Shown here in pieces: positions 1 to 9,191 of a stretch of DNA of 64,000 nt. Below the pieces are notes generated by a model, which was given only the letters and a program-made list of their open reading frames with translations, had not been told where the DNA came from and did not search any database. Position numbers and translations under genes: made by a program. Within the stretch, counting starts at the first letter, position 1; the number at the start of each line of letters is the position of its first letter. The stretch spans positions 11,251 through 75,250 of the forward strand of contig JBQLZK010000037.1 of NCBI GenBank assembly GCA_052168235.1, written 5' to 3'. This stretch comes from Thainema sp. (GTDB taxonomy: Bacteria > Cyanobacteriota > Cyanobacteriia > Phormidesmidales > Phormidesmidaceae).

Positions 1-24
1 AATTCATCTCAGATTATTTTTCAC

Positions 25-52
25 TTGACATGAAATTGAATTGTGTTTAATT
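25..52 (+). promoter_or_regulatory. Possible sigma70-type promoter for cysA
   Basis: TTGACA at 25-30, 16-nt spacer, TG-n-TTAATT at 44-52. Confidence 0.35.
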
Positions 53-137
53 GGAATAAGGTAGAGCCACAAGTTGGCTCTATTCCGGACGCTCAGAATT
101 CAGTAAACCTTTGAAGTACTCAAGTTGTAGAAATCCT

Positions 138-1169
138 ATGGGTATCAAAATTGAAAATGTGGCAAAGCGATTCGGTTCTTTCCAGGCGCTGGAGCCTGTT
201 TCCCTTGAGGTAAAGACCGGGTCACTGGTGGCCCTGCTGGGGCCATCCGGTTCAGGTAAGTCAACCCTGCTGCGGATCATCGCCGGATTGGAAACCCCGG
301 ATACAGGCAATATTTATCTGTCAGCTCAAGACGCCACCTATCGCAAAGTGCAGGAGCGCAATGTCGGCTTTGTCTTTCAGCACTATGCGCTGTTCAAGCA
401 CATGACCGTGCGCAAAAATGTGGCTTTTGCGATGGAAATTCAGGGGTGGCCTCAGACGCGCATCCAGCATCGGGTGGAGCGGTTGCTGGATTTGGTGCAG
501 TTAGAGGGATTGGGCGATCGCTATCCGGCCCAACTGTCTGGAGGTCAGCGTCAGCGAGTCGCTTTAGCCCGTGCCTTAGCCATTGAACCTCAGGTATTGC
601 TACTGGATGAACCTTTTGGAGCCTTGGATGCCAAAGTTCGCAAAGATCTCCGGGACTGGTTACGGCGACTTCACGATGAAGTCCATGTCACCACGGTATT
701 TGTCACGCACGATCAGGAAGAAGCTATGGAAATTGCCGATGAGATTGTAGTGATGAATCAGGGGAGAGTAGAGCAAATTGGTTCGCCAGCAGAGGTTTAC
801 GAGAATCCGGCGACTCCTTTTGTTATGAGCTTTATCGGAGCTGTCAACGTTTTGTCACCCGATGCAACCTGGCAATCATTGCATCACGCACTTCCTAGTA
901 ACGGCGAAGTATTTTTACGACCCCATGATATTGAAATTTTCTCAAGCGATGTTCCCGGTAGTCTAAAAGCTAAAGTGCAACGCTTGATTCACCTGGGCTG
1001 GACGATTCGCCTGGAGTTAAGCCTGAGTGACGGGCAATCCTTGACCGCCCATATCAGTCACGAGCAGCTTCATGAATTCAAACTCCAGCCACAAAAGGTT
1101 GTTTACATTTGTCCTAAATCAGTTCGCACCTTTGAACCTATGTCAGATGCTCAAACAACGGTTGCTTAA
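138..1169 (+). CDS. cysA: Sulfate/thiosulfate ABC transporter ATP-binding subunit
   Basis: Walker [33 protein letters not shown] signature, [20 protein letters not shown]-terminal TOBE-like region; start taken at ATG 138 (MGIKIENV). Confidence 0.92.
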   Translation: MGIKIENVAKRFGSFQALEPVSLEVKTGSLVALLGPSGSGKSTLLRIIAGLETPDTGNIYLSAQDATYRKVQERNVGFVFQHYALFKHMTVRKNVAFAMEIQGWPQTRIQHRVERLLDLVQLEGLGDRYPAQLSGGQRQRVALARALAIEPQVLLLDEPFGALDAKVRKDLRDWLRRLHDEVHVTTVFVTHDQEEAMEIADEIVVMNQGRVEQIGSPAEVYENPATPFVMSFIGAVNVLSPDATWQSLHHALPSNGEVFLRPHDIEIFSSDVPGSLKAKVQRLIHLGWTIRLELSLSDGQSLTAHISHEQLHEFKLQPQKVVYICPKSVRTFEPMSDAQTTVA

Positions 1170-1269
1170 AAGAAAATGCTCATGCTGTTATTCGGTTATT
1201 CTGCGTATGCTTTCAAACTGCCAAGTCGCTCTGGTCGATAGGCTCCATGATTGTAAGCTTACGGTTAAG

Positions 1270-2247
1270 CTATTTGGACTGAAACGGATTTTGCACCATC
1301 GTTTCTTTCAAACTGGCTGCTACCTTATCTAATTCACTCACCTCACCATCATCCAGCGACCAACCGAGTGCGCCCATATTTTGCTGTGCCTGCTCCAGCG
1401 TTTTGGCCCCTGGAATCGGTATCGTTCCCTTGCAAATGCACCAGTTGAGCGCTACCTGAGCCATTGTTTTCTGCCGCGATCGCGCAATTTCATCTAGACA
1501 GTTCAGTACAGGTTGTGCCGCTGGCACGAGCCGCTTAAACAAGCGTCGCCGTAATCCCTTTGGATAGGTATCACCGGGTTTATATTTACCCGTCAAAATG
1601 CCCAGGCAGAGCGGACTGTAGGCGATGAGCTGAATGCCTAACTCGTCACAGACTTCCTTGACCCCCAGCTCCGTCACGGGCTGAGTGGAGAGTAGCGAAT
1701 ACTGCACCTGCAAGGTCTTAATTGGGACACCTCGTTCCTGGAAGCGCTGATGCACTTTTCGCAGCCGCTGGCCGCCGTAGTTCGACAGGCCAACACCTTT
1801 CACTTTGCCCTGCTGATACAGTTCCGCCAAACCATCCAGTAACGGCCATTCCTGCCAGGGAAAATAATTGGCGGTTGACCAGTGCATCTGCACCAAATCC
1901 ACGGGGCGCTGCAATCGCTTAGCAGATGCTTCACAGGCTCGTACCATTGCGCCGGAGGTGAGTCGCCAGGGATAGGGAGCCAGCTTAGTGGCAATGCAAA
2001 TTTGATCTTGATTTGCACCCTCGTAAGCGTGGCTGAACTGGCCCAGTAGCTTCTCACTCTGACCACTGAGTCGGCCCGTGCCGTAGGAATCCCCGGTATC
2101 AAACAGTGTGACCCCGTGGCTGACGCAGTAGTTAAACACCTGCTGGAGCTGGCTATCCATGCTGGGGTCATAGTTCCAGAGCAGCCGATTGCCCCAAGCC
2201 CAGGTACCGCAACCCATAGCGGGCAGTGAAAGCGTTTGGTCGATCAT
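1270..2247 (-). CDS. Aldo/keto reductase
   Basis: GCGTWAWG, FDTGDSYG, IATK, VGLSN, QVQYSLL, IAYSPL and PIPGAKT motifs; start taken at MIDQTL. Confidence 0.9.
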   Translation of the reverse strand: MIDQTLSLPAMGCGTWAWGNRLLWNYDPSMDSQLQQVFNYCVSHGVTLFDTGDSYGTGRLSGQSEKLLGQFSHAYEGANQDQICIATKLAPYPWRLTSGAMVRACEASAKRLQRPVDLVQMHWSTANYFPWQEWPLLDGLAELYQQGKVKGVGLSNYGGQRLRKVHQRFQERGVPIKTLQVQYSLLSTQPVTELGVKEVCDELGIQLIAYSPLCLGILTGKYKPGDTYPKGLRRRLFKRLVPAAQPVLNCLDEIARSRQKTMAQVALNWCICKGTIPIPGAKTLEQAQQNMGALGWSLDDGEVSELDKVAASLKETMVQNPFQSK

Positions 2248-2310
2248 GCGAGTGGATGGTGAACCGAAAGACGACAGTACTCTGTTGCAGCATATCGTAT
2301 TCGATTCCAC

Positions 2311-3447
2311 TTAAATGCCACACTGTTTTAATTTCGCCATCCAGCGGCCAAATCCCTCCCGCCGAAATCGGGTCGGTTCCTTTTCCGTAGGTTCTAGCAC
2401 CTGCCAGCGATGCCAGGGTAAGTAACCTACCGGAATCGTGCTGTCTGAGACAATCTCAGGACTGAAGTTCAATTCATCAAACTTGAGCCAGTCGCCGTTT
2501 TGCTGCCAACCAACTGCGATCGCAAATTTGCCATAATCTTGATTGACGGCAGGACTTTCCCAAATCTGTCGCTGCACGGCGTAGCTAAATCGACCGTTAC
2601 TAGCCTTTTCCCACAAGGCATTTAAACGCTCCAGATCTGCACACGGCGGATCGAGTGCGATTTCTTCCCAGTTCGCGTCATATTTGGCATCGTTGAAAAG
2701 CACACTCGTTTCGGTTTCGGCGGTTTGCCAGTCTTGGTTTTCAAAGCTGGTTTCAAGCACGGCAGTCGGCACAAAGCAATCTCGTTGAGATACCTCCCCA
2801 GAGGGCAAGATTGTATTGCAAAGCCGGACATTATCCAACGCTGTAGATTCCGCTGGCAAAATCGCCTGCGTGAGATTAGCTTTGGCCAAAGTTATGGGTG
2901 GATGCTGCCAACCGCTTAAGTTAGCCCCCGTCAGGTCAGCATGGGCCAGGGTGACTCCTTCTAAGTTGGTACCGCTCAAGTTTGCGCCGCTCAGGTTAGT
3001 ATTCTCCATCACTGCGCCTTGTAAGTCGGCGTTGCTGAGGTTTGCGCCGCTGAGGTTGGCATACTGAAAGTTCACCCCCCGTAACACGGCTTCTGTAAAA
3101 TTCGCCTGTTCTGCAATGGTGGCTTGAAACAGCGCCCCGGATAAGTCCGCTCCCCGCAAATCAGCTTCTTCCAGGTAAGTCGCGCCACTGAAGTCTGTTC
3201 CCCGTAGATTGGCATTGCGCAAGTTAGCGCGATTGAGCCAAGCTTCCCGAAAGATGAGTCCGGACAGATCGGCACCCGCTAGATTTTTACCTGACCAGTC
3301 AACGGCGCGAAAGTCGGAAAAGCCGTCGCGGCTGCGGCTGCGCCAATCAATATTGGCAGGTCGCGTGAGCCAATAGAGGCCACCCGCGCCCAGTAATACT
3401 GCCAAAAGACCAACACCACCACAGCCAGCCAGAACCTTTTTCCACAT
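2311..3447 (-). CDS. Membrane-anchored pentapeptide-repeat protein with C-terminal GUN4-like domain
   Basis: N-terminal hydrophobic helix, many A(D/N)LxG pentapeptides, then W..AETET / PCADLERLNALWEKASNGRFSYAVQRQIW / GYLP GUN4-like motifs. Confidence 0.85.
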   Translation of the reverse strand: MWKKVLAGCGGVGLLAVLLGAGGLYWLTRPANIDWRSRSRDGFSDFRAVDWSGKNLAGADLSGLIFREAWLNRANLRNANLRGTDFSGATYLEEADLRGADLSGALFQATIAEQANFTEAVLRGVNFQYANLSGANLSNADLQGAVMENTNLSGANLSGTNLEGVTLAHADLTGANLSGWQHPPITLAKANLTQAILPAESTALDNVRLCNTILPSGEVSQRDCFVPTAVLETSFENQDWQTAETETSVLFNDAKYDANWEEIALDPPCADLERLNALWEKASNGRFSYAVQRQIWESPAVNQDYGKFAIAVGWQQNGDWLKFDELNFSPEIVSDSTIPVGYLPWHRWQVLEPTEKEPTRFRREGFGRWMAKLKQCGI

Positions 3448-3476
3448 GAAAAGCACCTGTTTTCTGAAATCGGCAA

Positions 3477-4406
3477 TTACAGCGAAGCGGCGACGGGCAG
3501 TCTACTTTCTCCGGTAGCAAGCCAATGGGCACATTCTGGCCCCAATCGGCGTAGCGCTGTTTCCTCATACTTGGCGATATCTGCTGCCGTCAAGATATCC
3601 TTCCAGCGTCCATTTGTGCCTTTGTGAATAAACGTCTGGGCACCGCCTTCCCAGAAGGCTCCTTCCAGTGGTACGGTTTTGACCGCATGGTGCTTCATAT
3701 AGTCAAAGCTACAGTGTTCTAAAATCAGCGGCCATCGGGATGGTTCAATTTCGATATCCAAAAACTCAGCGATTTGCCGAATTTGCGTAGCCATATCCCG
3801 TTTTAGTGCGGCATAGTGCACCAGCTTGACGTTGGGTAAATGGCGAATGTCCCACCAGGATTTGACATTTTCCCAGTTTGACCAGAAAGGATAGCCATCT
3901 CCGTCTAGCCACTCTCGGAAATATTGCAGGACTGATGCAGGAGGATGCTCAATTGGTGGGCCAACTCGGCCAGGGGTTTCGTTGACCGCTTCGTACCAAG
4001 CGGCGTTGGCTTTGGCATGGTGGTTATATAGACTCCAGACAACATCGCGTCCATCCCGTGCAATGTACAGATACTTTGCCTGGGGCGAGAAGACAAGCGC
4101 GTCTACAGGTAAATGGGTTTTGATGAAGCGGCGATGGGTTTGAGCTTCTACGGCAGGCAGCTTAACCTCTTTGGGCGGGATACGCAGATCCAGCCAGGGA
4201 GACATGTCTGATACGTTAAGGTCTTCTGCACCGCTCCAGATTAGCTGAGCCACAATTTGCTGTAGCCAGGTGGTGCCGGATTTGGCGTAGCTGGCAATGA
4301 TAATGTCGTCGTTGCGAAACTGAAAATCATTCCAGACGGTGGAATCAAAGTGGTGATTGTGAATCTCCCGAACTTTTTGAGGCCACTGATGACTAACTTG
4401 GCTCAT
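3477..4406 (-). CDS. PAPS-dependent sulfotransferase (Sulfotransfer_1 family)
   Basis: 5'-PSB motif YAKSGTTW, IKTHLP, YIARDGRDVVWS, HKGTNGRWK. Confidence 0.9.
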   Translation of the reverse strand: MSQVSHQWPQKVREIHNHHFDSTVWNDFQFRNDDIIIASYAKSGTTWLQQIVAQLIWSGAEDLNVSDMSPWLDLRIPPKEVKLPAVEAQTHRRFIKTHLPVDALVFSPQAKYLYIARDGRDVVWSLYNHHAKANAAWYEAVNETPGRVGPPIEHPPASVLQYFREWLDGDGYPFWSNWENVKSWWDIRHLPNVKLVHYAALKRDMATQIRQIAEFLDIEIEPSRWPLILEHCSFDYMKHHAVKTVPLEGAFWEGGAQTFIHKGTNGRWKDILTAADIAKYEETALRRLGPECAHWLATGESRLPVAASL

Positions 4407-4445
4407 GACTGATTTCCTTTTCAAGTTACTAAATGTGTAGAAAAC

Positions 4446-4543
4446 CTCACATCTTGCTAAAACCCAAAAGGGTTATTATGCTGCCGCATCGCGGCGGCAT
4501 AATAATTTCTTCGGTTGTCAAAGTGCAAGGTGCAAGATGTGAG
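4446..4543. mobile_element. Small palindromic repeat/MITE-like element, CTCACATCTTGC family, copy 1
   Basis: Terminal inverted repeats CTCACATCTTGC/GCAAGATGTGAG, internal hairpin TTATTATGCTGCCGC-ATC-GCGGCGGCATAATAA; homologous to 25029-25104 in opposite orientation. Confidence 0.75.
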
Positions 4544-5137
4544 AAATTGCATGGTGCATGGTGCGAATTGAGATGTTGGAGAAGTGATTTGTTTTGTGTT
4601 GCAGTGACAAAGCGGCGGCAAAATTGCCCCGTCAATTGACTATAAAGGGGAGGAAAAACATATTCTGGATGGACAAAATTAATCTTTGGATTGCCTAAAG
4701 GTTTTGAGTAAAAGCGCATCCTGATGATGCCGATTCTAATCAATCCATAGATTTAGAGAAAACACAAGGATTTCGTAATGTCTTGTGAGGAAATCATCTG
4801 AGGCGTTAGGTATATTGACTCATCTTGGATGTAGAGCTAGCGGAGTAATAGGTCTTTTTAACCTACAAAATCTGAGTACTGCTTTCCGGAAAGCAGTACC
4901 AATAATAATTCGCTTTGCACTTTGGCAGATGTGCGATCGCACTTATCTAGCACACCTATCTAGCACACTTATCCAGCGATCTCTAAAACAAAACAAAAGC
5001 AACAGCTATCTATACTTAGTAGCTGTTGCTGATGATGCTTGAGTAACATTTCTTGTACTGTGACGATCAAGTTTCACAACACAAAAAATATTGCTGTTTG
5101 TTAATAAACCATTGCTTGTAGTAAAAGTTGCGATCGC

Positions 5138-5632
5138 TTATAGCAATGGCTGAATATCTTTAGCGATCTCTTCCGGTTTTGCCGTTGGAGGATAGCGCTT
5201 AACAACCTTGCCACTGCGATCAACTAAAAACTTAGTGAAGTTCCACTTAATTCCCTGAGTGCCGAAAATTCCGGGTGCAGCTTTGGTTAAATACTGATAC
5301 AGCGGATGGGCATTGTTGCCATTGACCTCAATTTTCTGGAAAAGCGGAAAGGTTACTCCGAAATTAGTTTCACAGAAAGACTGAATCTGGTCTGCATTGC
5401 CCGGTTCCTGCTTGCCAAATTGGTTGCAGGGAAATCCCAGGATCACCAATCCCTGCTCGGCATATTGCTCGTATAGCGCCTGGAGCCCTTTGTATTGGGG
5501 CGTAAAGCCACACTGACTGGCAGTATTAACAATTAGTAAAACCTTGTCCTTATAAGTACTGAGCGGCACTGATGTGCCATCAATACGGGTGGCCGAAGTG
5601 TCATAAATCGACGCAGACGCTTGTGCGGTCAT
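5138..5632 (-). CDS. gpx: Glutathione peroxidase family protein (Cys-type)
   Basis: IVNTASQCGFTPQY, GFPCNQFGKQEPG, WNFTKFLV. Confidence 0.95.
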   Translation of the reverse strand: MTAQASASIYDTSATRIDGTSVPLSTYKDKVLLIVNTASQCGFTPQYKGLQALYEQYAEQGLVILGFPCNQFGKQEPGNADQIQSFCETNFGVTFPLFQKIEVNGNNAHPLYQYLTKAAPGIFGTQGIKWNFTKFLVDRSGKVVKRYPPTAKPEEIAKDIQPLL

Positions 5633-5699
5633 GAATAATTACGTCCTCGGTATGAAACATAACTTTACAATACAATTTTACATCTTGCTTTCTGTTGCG

Positions 5700-7175
5700 T
5701 TATTCTGACGCGTTTGCGTTAGATGTCGTCGCTGACAGTGCTAACTCAGGTTCAGGCTTCGCTTGAGTATCACTGAGCTGAACGGTTTCAACTCGGAATA
5801 GATAAGTAATCACTGCCGCAGCTATGCAGATGAACGCGAGCACAAGTAGCAGGTTTGTCAGTCCTACCGTCTGTCTGAGAATCGGCAGGACAAACGTACC
5901 GAGTACCGCTCCCGCTTTGGCAAAGGCGGCGGCAAATCCGGCACCGCTAGCTCGGATGGAAGTGGGAAACACTTCTCCCGACAGCAGAAACGTGGTCGAG
6001 TTTGGCCCCATATTCATCAACAGATTGAATAGGATAAATCCCGCGAACACCAGCGGTAGGTTTGTTGTAGCCCCTTTGGTTGGCTCACCTGCCAACGAGA
6101 GCAAAATCAAGCCCAGCGCCATGCCCAGGAAGCCGATGATCTGTAAATTAATTCGCCCCCAGCGGTTAATCAGTGCGATCGCAAGTAGAAATCCCAGAAT
6201 TAAAAATACATCCACTCCAGCCGCACCCAGGGCTGCATTCATTTCGTGCCGCATAAAGTCGGTTTCATTGGCAAAGGCCAAAATGCCGATAATCACCGGG
6301 GTAAAGATACCGATGCCGTAGGTGGCGATGTCCTGCAAGAACCACGGTACGGAAGCGAGAATCGTTCGCCGCTGATACTGCTGGGTAAATAGTGACCCGT
6401 AAGTCAGACTGGGATTCTGTTCTGGCGGATCGGTGGTAGGCGTAATCTCAATTGGTTGCTCCAGTAGTTCCGAGGCGGCGGCAGATGCCTGCTCATAGTC
6501 ACCCTTGGCGATGTAGTAGCGGGGACTTTCCAATAAAAATTGAAGCCGCAGAACTGCCACCAGGATTGCTAGCCCTAGCCCCACTCCTAGCATCCAGCGC
6601 CAGGCATACTGGAGCGCAGGTTCGACTGACTCTGGATAAAAATGTCGAAAACTAGCAATCACAGCTAATCCGACCAGGGCACCTAGCAGTGCGCCGACCG
6701 CTTGGAAGCTGAAGGCCCCAATTACCATGCGTCCTCGCAAACGAGTTGGCACGTTTTCGGTAATGTATGAGACGCTAATCGGATAGTCGGCTCCAATGGC
6801 TATGCCTACTAGAAACCGAAAAATCACGAGGGACGTGACATTCCAGGCTAGAGCTGTCGCGGCAGATGCGACGACGAACAGTGCGATATCCAGCACCAGC
6901 ATCCGCTGGCGGCCCACTCGGTCAGTAATCGGGCCGAGGGTGAGGGAACCCACCAGTGATCCGGCAATAGCGGCAACTGCGATCGCACCCACATTGGCGG
7001 CACTAATCCCGAAATCCCGCTCAATGAAAGGCATAGCGACGCCAATGATAAAAAAGTCAAAGCCATCGAGCGCAATCAGACCTGCGGACAGAATCCACAG
7101 CAGCCACATGGGGCGGGTGAGTCGAGATTGATCAAGCCGTTGCTGAAAGGAAAGGGTTTTGGGCGCAGTAGTCAT
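5700..7175 (-). CDS. MFS transporter (sugar-porter/phosphate-like family)
   Basis: About 12 hydrophobic segments, DRVGRQR motif A, GADYPISVSYITE, EVFPTSIRASGAG. Confidence 0.88.
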   Translation of the reverse strand: MTTAPKTLSFQQRLDQSRLTRPMWLLWILSAGLIALDGFDFFIIGVAMPFIERDFGISAANVGAIAVAAIAGSLVGSLTLGPITDRVGRQRMLVLDIALFVVASAATALAWNVTSLVIFRFLVGIAIGADYPISVSYITENVPTRLRGRMVIGAFSFQAVGALLGALVGLAVIASFRHFYPESVEPALQYAWRWMLGVGLGLAILVAVLRLQFLLESPRYYIAKGDYEQASAAASELLEQPIEITPTTDPPEQNPSLTYGSLFTQQYQRRTILASVPWFLQDIATYGIGIFTPVIIGILAFANETDFMRHEMNAALGAAGVDVFLILGFLLAIALINRWGRINLQIIGFLGMALGLILLSLAGEPTKGATTNLPLVFAGFILFNLLMNMGPNSTTFLLSGEVFPTSIRASGAGFAAAFAKAGAVLGTFVLPILRQTVGLTNLLLVLAFICIAAAVITYLFRVETVQLSDTQAKPEPELALSATTSNANASE

Positions 7176-7377
7176 GTCTGATGTGCTAATCGATCTGGAA
7201 TATTCACATCTTGTCCCGAAATCCAGAATTAGGCATCTTACTGCCGCCGCATTGTGTCTAGAATCGGCCTGACTCTAAACAAACTAGATCAAACACTCGC
7301 TAGGATAGAACTGCATTACCCACACCATTGCCCATGTAGACCGATTACTCAGATCTTGTACCCACACTTGAAGAATC

Positions 7378-7845
7378 ATGAGCAGAGTAATTCCAGAGCG
7401 GATGACCGTTGATATTGAAGGTGATTTTGTTGTCTTTTTAATTGGGCTGCGGATTAACAAAATCTGGAAAGCCCATAAGTGGCTACCCGCTTTTCTGGCT
7501 ATGCCGCGCATGATTCGGGAACTCCAGGCTGATCCAGATAGCGGTTTCCTGGGACATACGATGGGATTCCCTGTTATTGTTCAATACTGGCGGTCTTTCG
7601 AGCAGTTAGAAGCCTATGCCCGTAACCGTAACCAAGAACATTGGCCAGCCTGGGTCAATTTCAACCAGCGAGTCGGCAAAAGTCGCGGTGATGTTGGCAT
7701 TTGGCACGAAACCTACAAAGTTCGAGCCGGAGAATATGAGGCTGTCTATAGCGGTATGCCCGCTTTTGGTTTAGGAAAAGTCGGTCATCTGGTGTCCGCA
7801 ACAGGCAATAAAGAGGCCGCCCGCGATCGCATCTCTGCACCGTGA
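7378..7845 (+). CDS. DUF4188-like protein (putative monooxygenase/dehydratase fold)
   Basis: [51 protein letters not shown]. Confidence 0.8.
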   Translation: MSRVIPERMTVDIEGDFVVFLIGLRINKIWKAHKWLPAFLAMPRMIRELQADPDSGFLGHTMGFPVIVQYWRSFEQLEAYARNRNQEHWPAWVNFNQRVGKSRGDVGIWHETYKVRAGEYEAVYSGMPAFGLGKVGHLVSATGNKEAARDRISAP

Positions 7846-7884
7846 GTACACGAGCCACTGGACAACTATTCTCAGCACTTGACA

Positions 7885-8012
7885 AGTGAGGAGTGAGGCG
7901 TAAGGAGTAAGGGCTGTAAAGGTCGTAAAGATTCCACGCCTGTCACCTAGTACCCAAAACCCAGAACCTAATACCCATCAACTAGCCTTCAGCCCTCAGC
8001 CTTACCCGCTTC
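7885..8012. repeat. Degenerate heptamer tandem repeats (STRR-like) between convergent genes
   Basis: AGTGAGG/CGTAAGG/AGTAAGG run, then ACCCAAA/ACCCAGA/ACCTAAT and GCCTTCA/GCCCTCA runs. Confidence 0.55.
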
Positions 8013-8250
8013 AAGACTGACGATAAACATTCTCTAGCCACCGTCGCTGCTCCTCCGTCGTTTCTAGATACGGTGAAAAGCGAGTGCTCATCCCGTAGCG
8101 ATAGGCGCGAATGTTGCTCCACTGACTGGAGTAAGCTGGGTCGTGAACCATGAAGCGAGTGAAGTGACGCCATCCGGTTCGAATGCTGTCCCAGAACCGA
8201 TTTGTTGATTTTGCCTGTGGCGCTTCTGTGCCATAAGATTGATTTTGCAT
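8011..8250 (-). CDS. Small cyanobacterial hypothetical protein
   Basis: GGAGG Shine-Dalgarno 5 nt before ATG; C-terminal EEQRRWLE..Y resembles a motif of small cyanobacterial hypotheticals. Confidence 0.6.
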   Translation of the reverse strand: MQNQSYGTEAPQAKSTNRFWDSIRTGWRHFTRFMVHDPAYSSQWSNIRAYRYGMSTRFSPYLETTEEQRRWLENVYRQS

Positions 8251-8809
8251 AACACCCTCCTTTTTAAGATTCTGTATATAGCATTACTATTTTATAATTT
8301 CTGCTCGAACTTGGCTTTATTCCTAAGAAGGATAATTGGGGAAGTTACGTCCTAATTTAGGCTAATTTAGGAACAGGCTTTGTAGGGCTACGGCATGCTG
8401 TGTCCCTATGGTGGGCTTGAGACCAAAACTGGAAAGGGCTTGGGTGCGAGCTGAATCTGCATTTGCCATGAACCTTACGGCAGTTCCTCTTCTTCCGGCC
8501 AGAACTTGTCGTCTATCCGCATCGGGGCATCGCGCCAGGTCAGGTTCAGCGTTTGGCAGCGGTGAATGGTAGCGGGTATCGGCATGTTGAGCGGATCGGC
8601 ATCGAGCCAATCCAGTAAAGACTGCCGTTGAGCGGCCTCTAGAACCGCAACGTTGAGAAAGCGATCCGCTGGATCAACTTCAGGTGCGATCGCAAGTCGA
8701 GGGCCAACCCGGCTTTCGACATTAATTTTTCAGATAATTTCGCGCTGGTTTCAGGAAATGCGCGTAGGTTGGTGGTTATAGATTGTGTCGATGCTTCAGG
8801 ATCAAGTGA

Positions 8810-9105
8810 ATGCCATTTGATATCGGTGCTTTTTTCCGGGCCTGTAATCCCAGCAAAACGCTAAATTTGACCGCTCCCGAGGATAAAAATACTACATCGA
8901 TTTTTCGGGCGTGCGGGGCAGCGATCTGGTGCGGGAAATGCAGCGCACAATCACCTTTTCTGGACAAGAACCGACCTGCCAGCTTTTTACTGGGCACATC
9001 GGCTGCGGCAAATCAACTGAGCTTTCACGCTTACAGCGAGAGTTAGAAGCCGATGGCTATCACGTGGTCTACTTTGAGTCCACCGATGACCTGGATATGG
9101 GCGAT
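8810..9105 (+). pseudogene. Frameshifted, 3'-truncated cyanobacterial P-loop ATPase
   Basis: Adding one A to the run at 8885-8889 joins two ORFs into MPFDIGAFFRACNPSKTL...EDKKYYIDFSGVRG...QLFTGHIGCGKSTEL...VVYFESTDDLDMGD; similarity stops there, before Walker B. Confidence 0.8.
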
Positions 9106-9191
9106 AGTATTCTGCCAAGTTCGATATAGCAAAAGCCATGATCTTGAAAATCATTTACGATTGGTGCAAATGTATTTAATTGAAACCAAGC

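Noticed and set aside
4433..5042. ORFs 4433-4639, 4447-4743 and 4785-5042
   Set aside because: They run through palindromic or tandem repeats, with no SD or protein motifs
5664..5684. TTTACA pair upstream of gpx as an RpaB HLR1 site
   Set aside because: Repeat period is 13 bp rather than the 10 bp of HLR1
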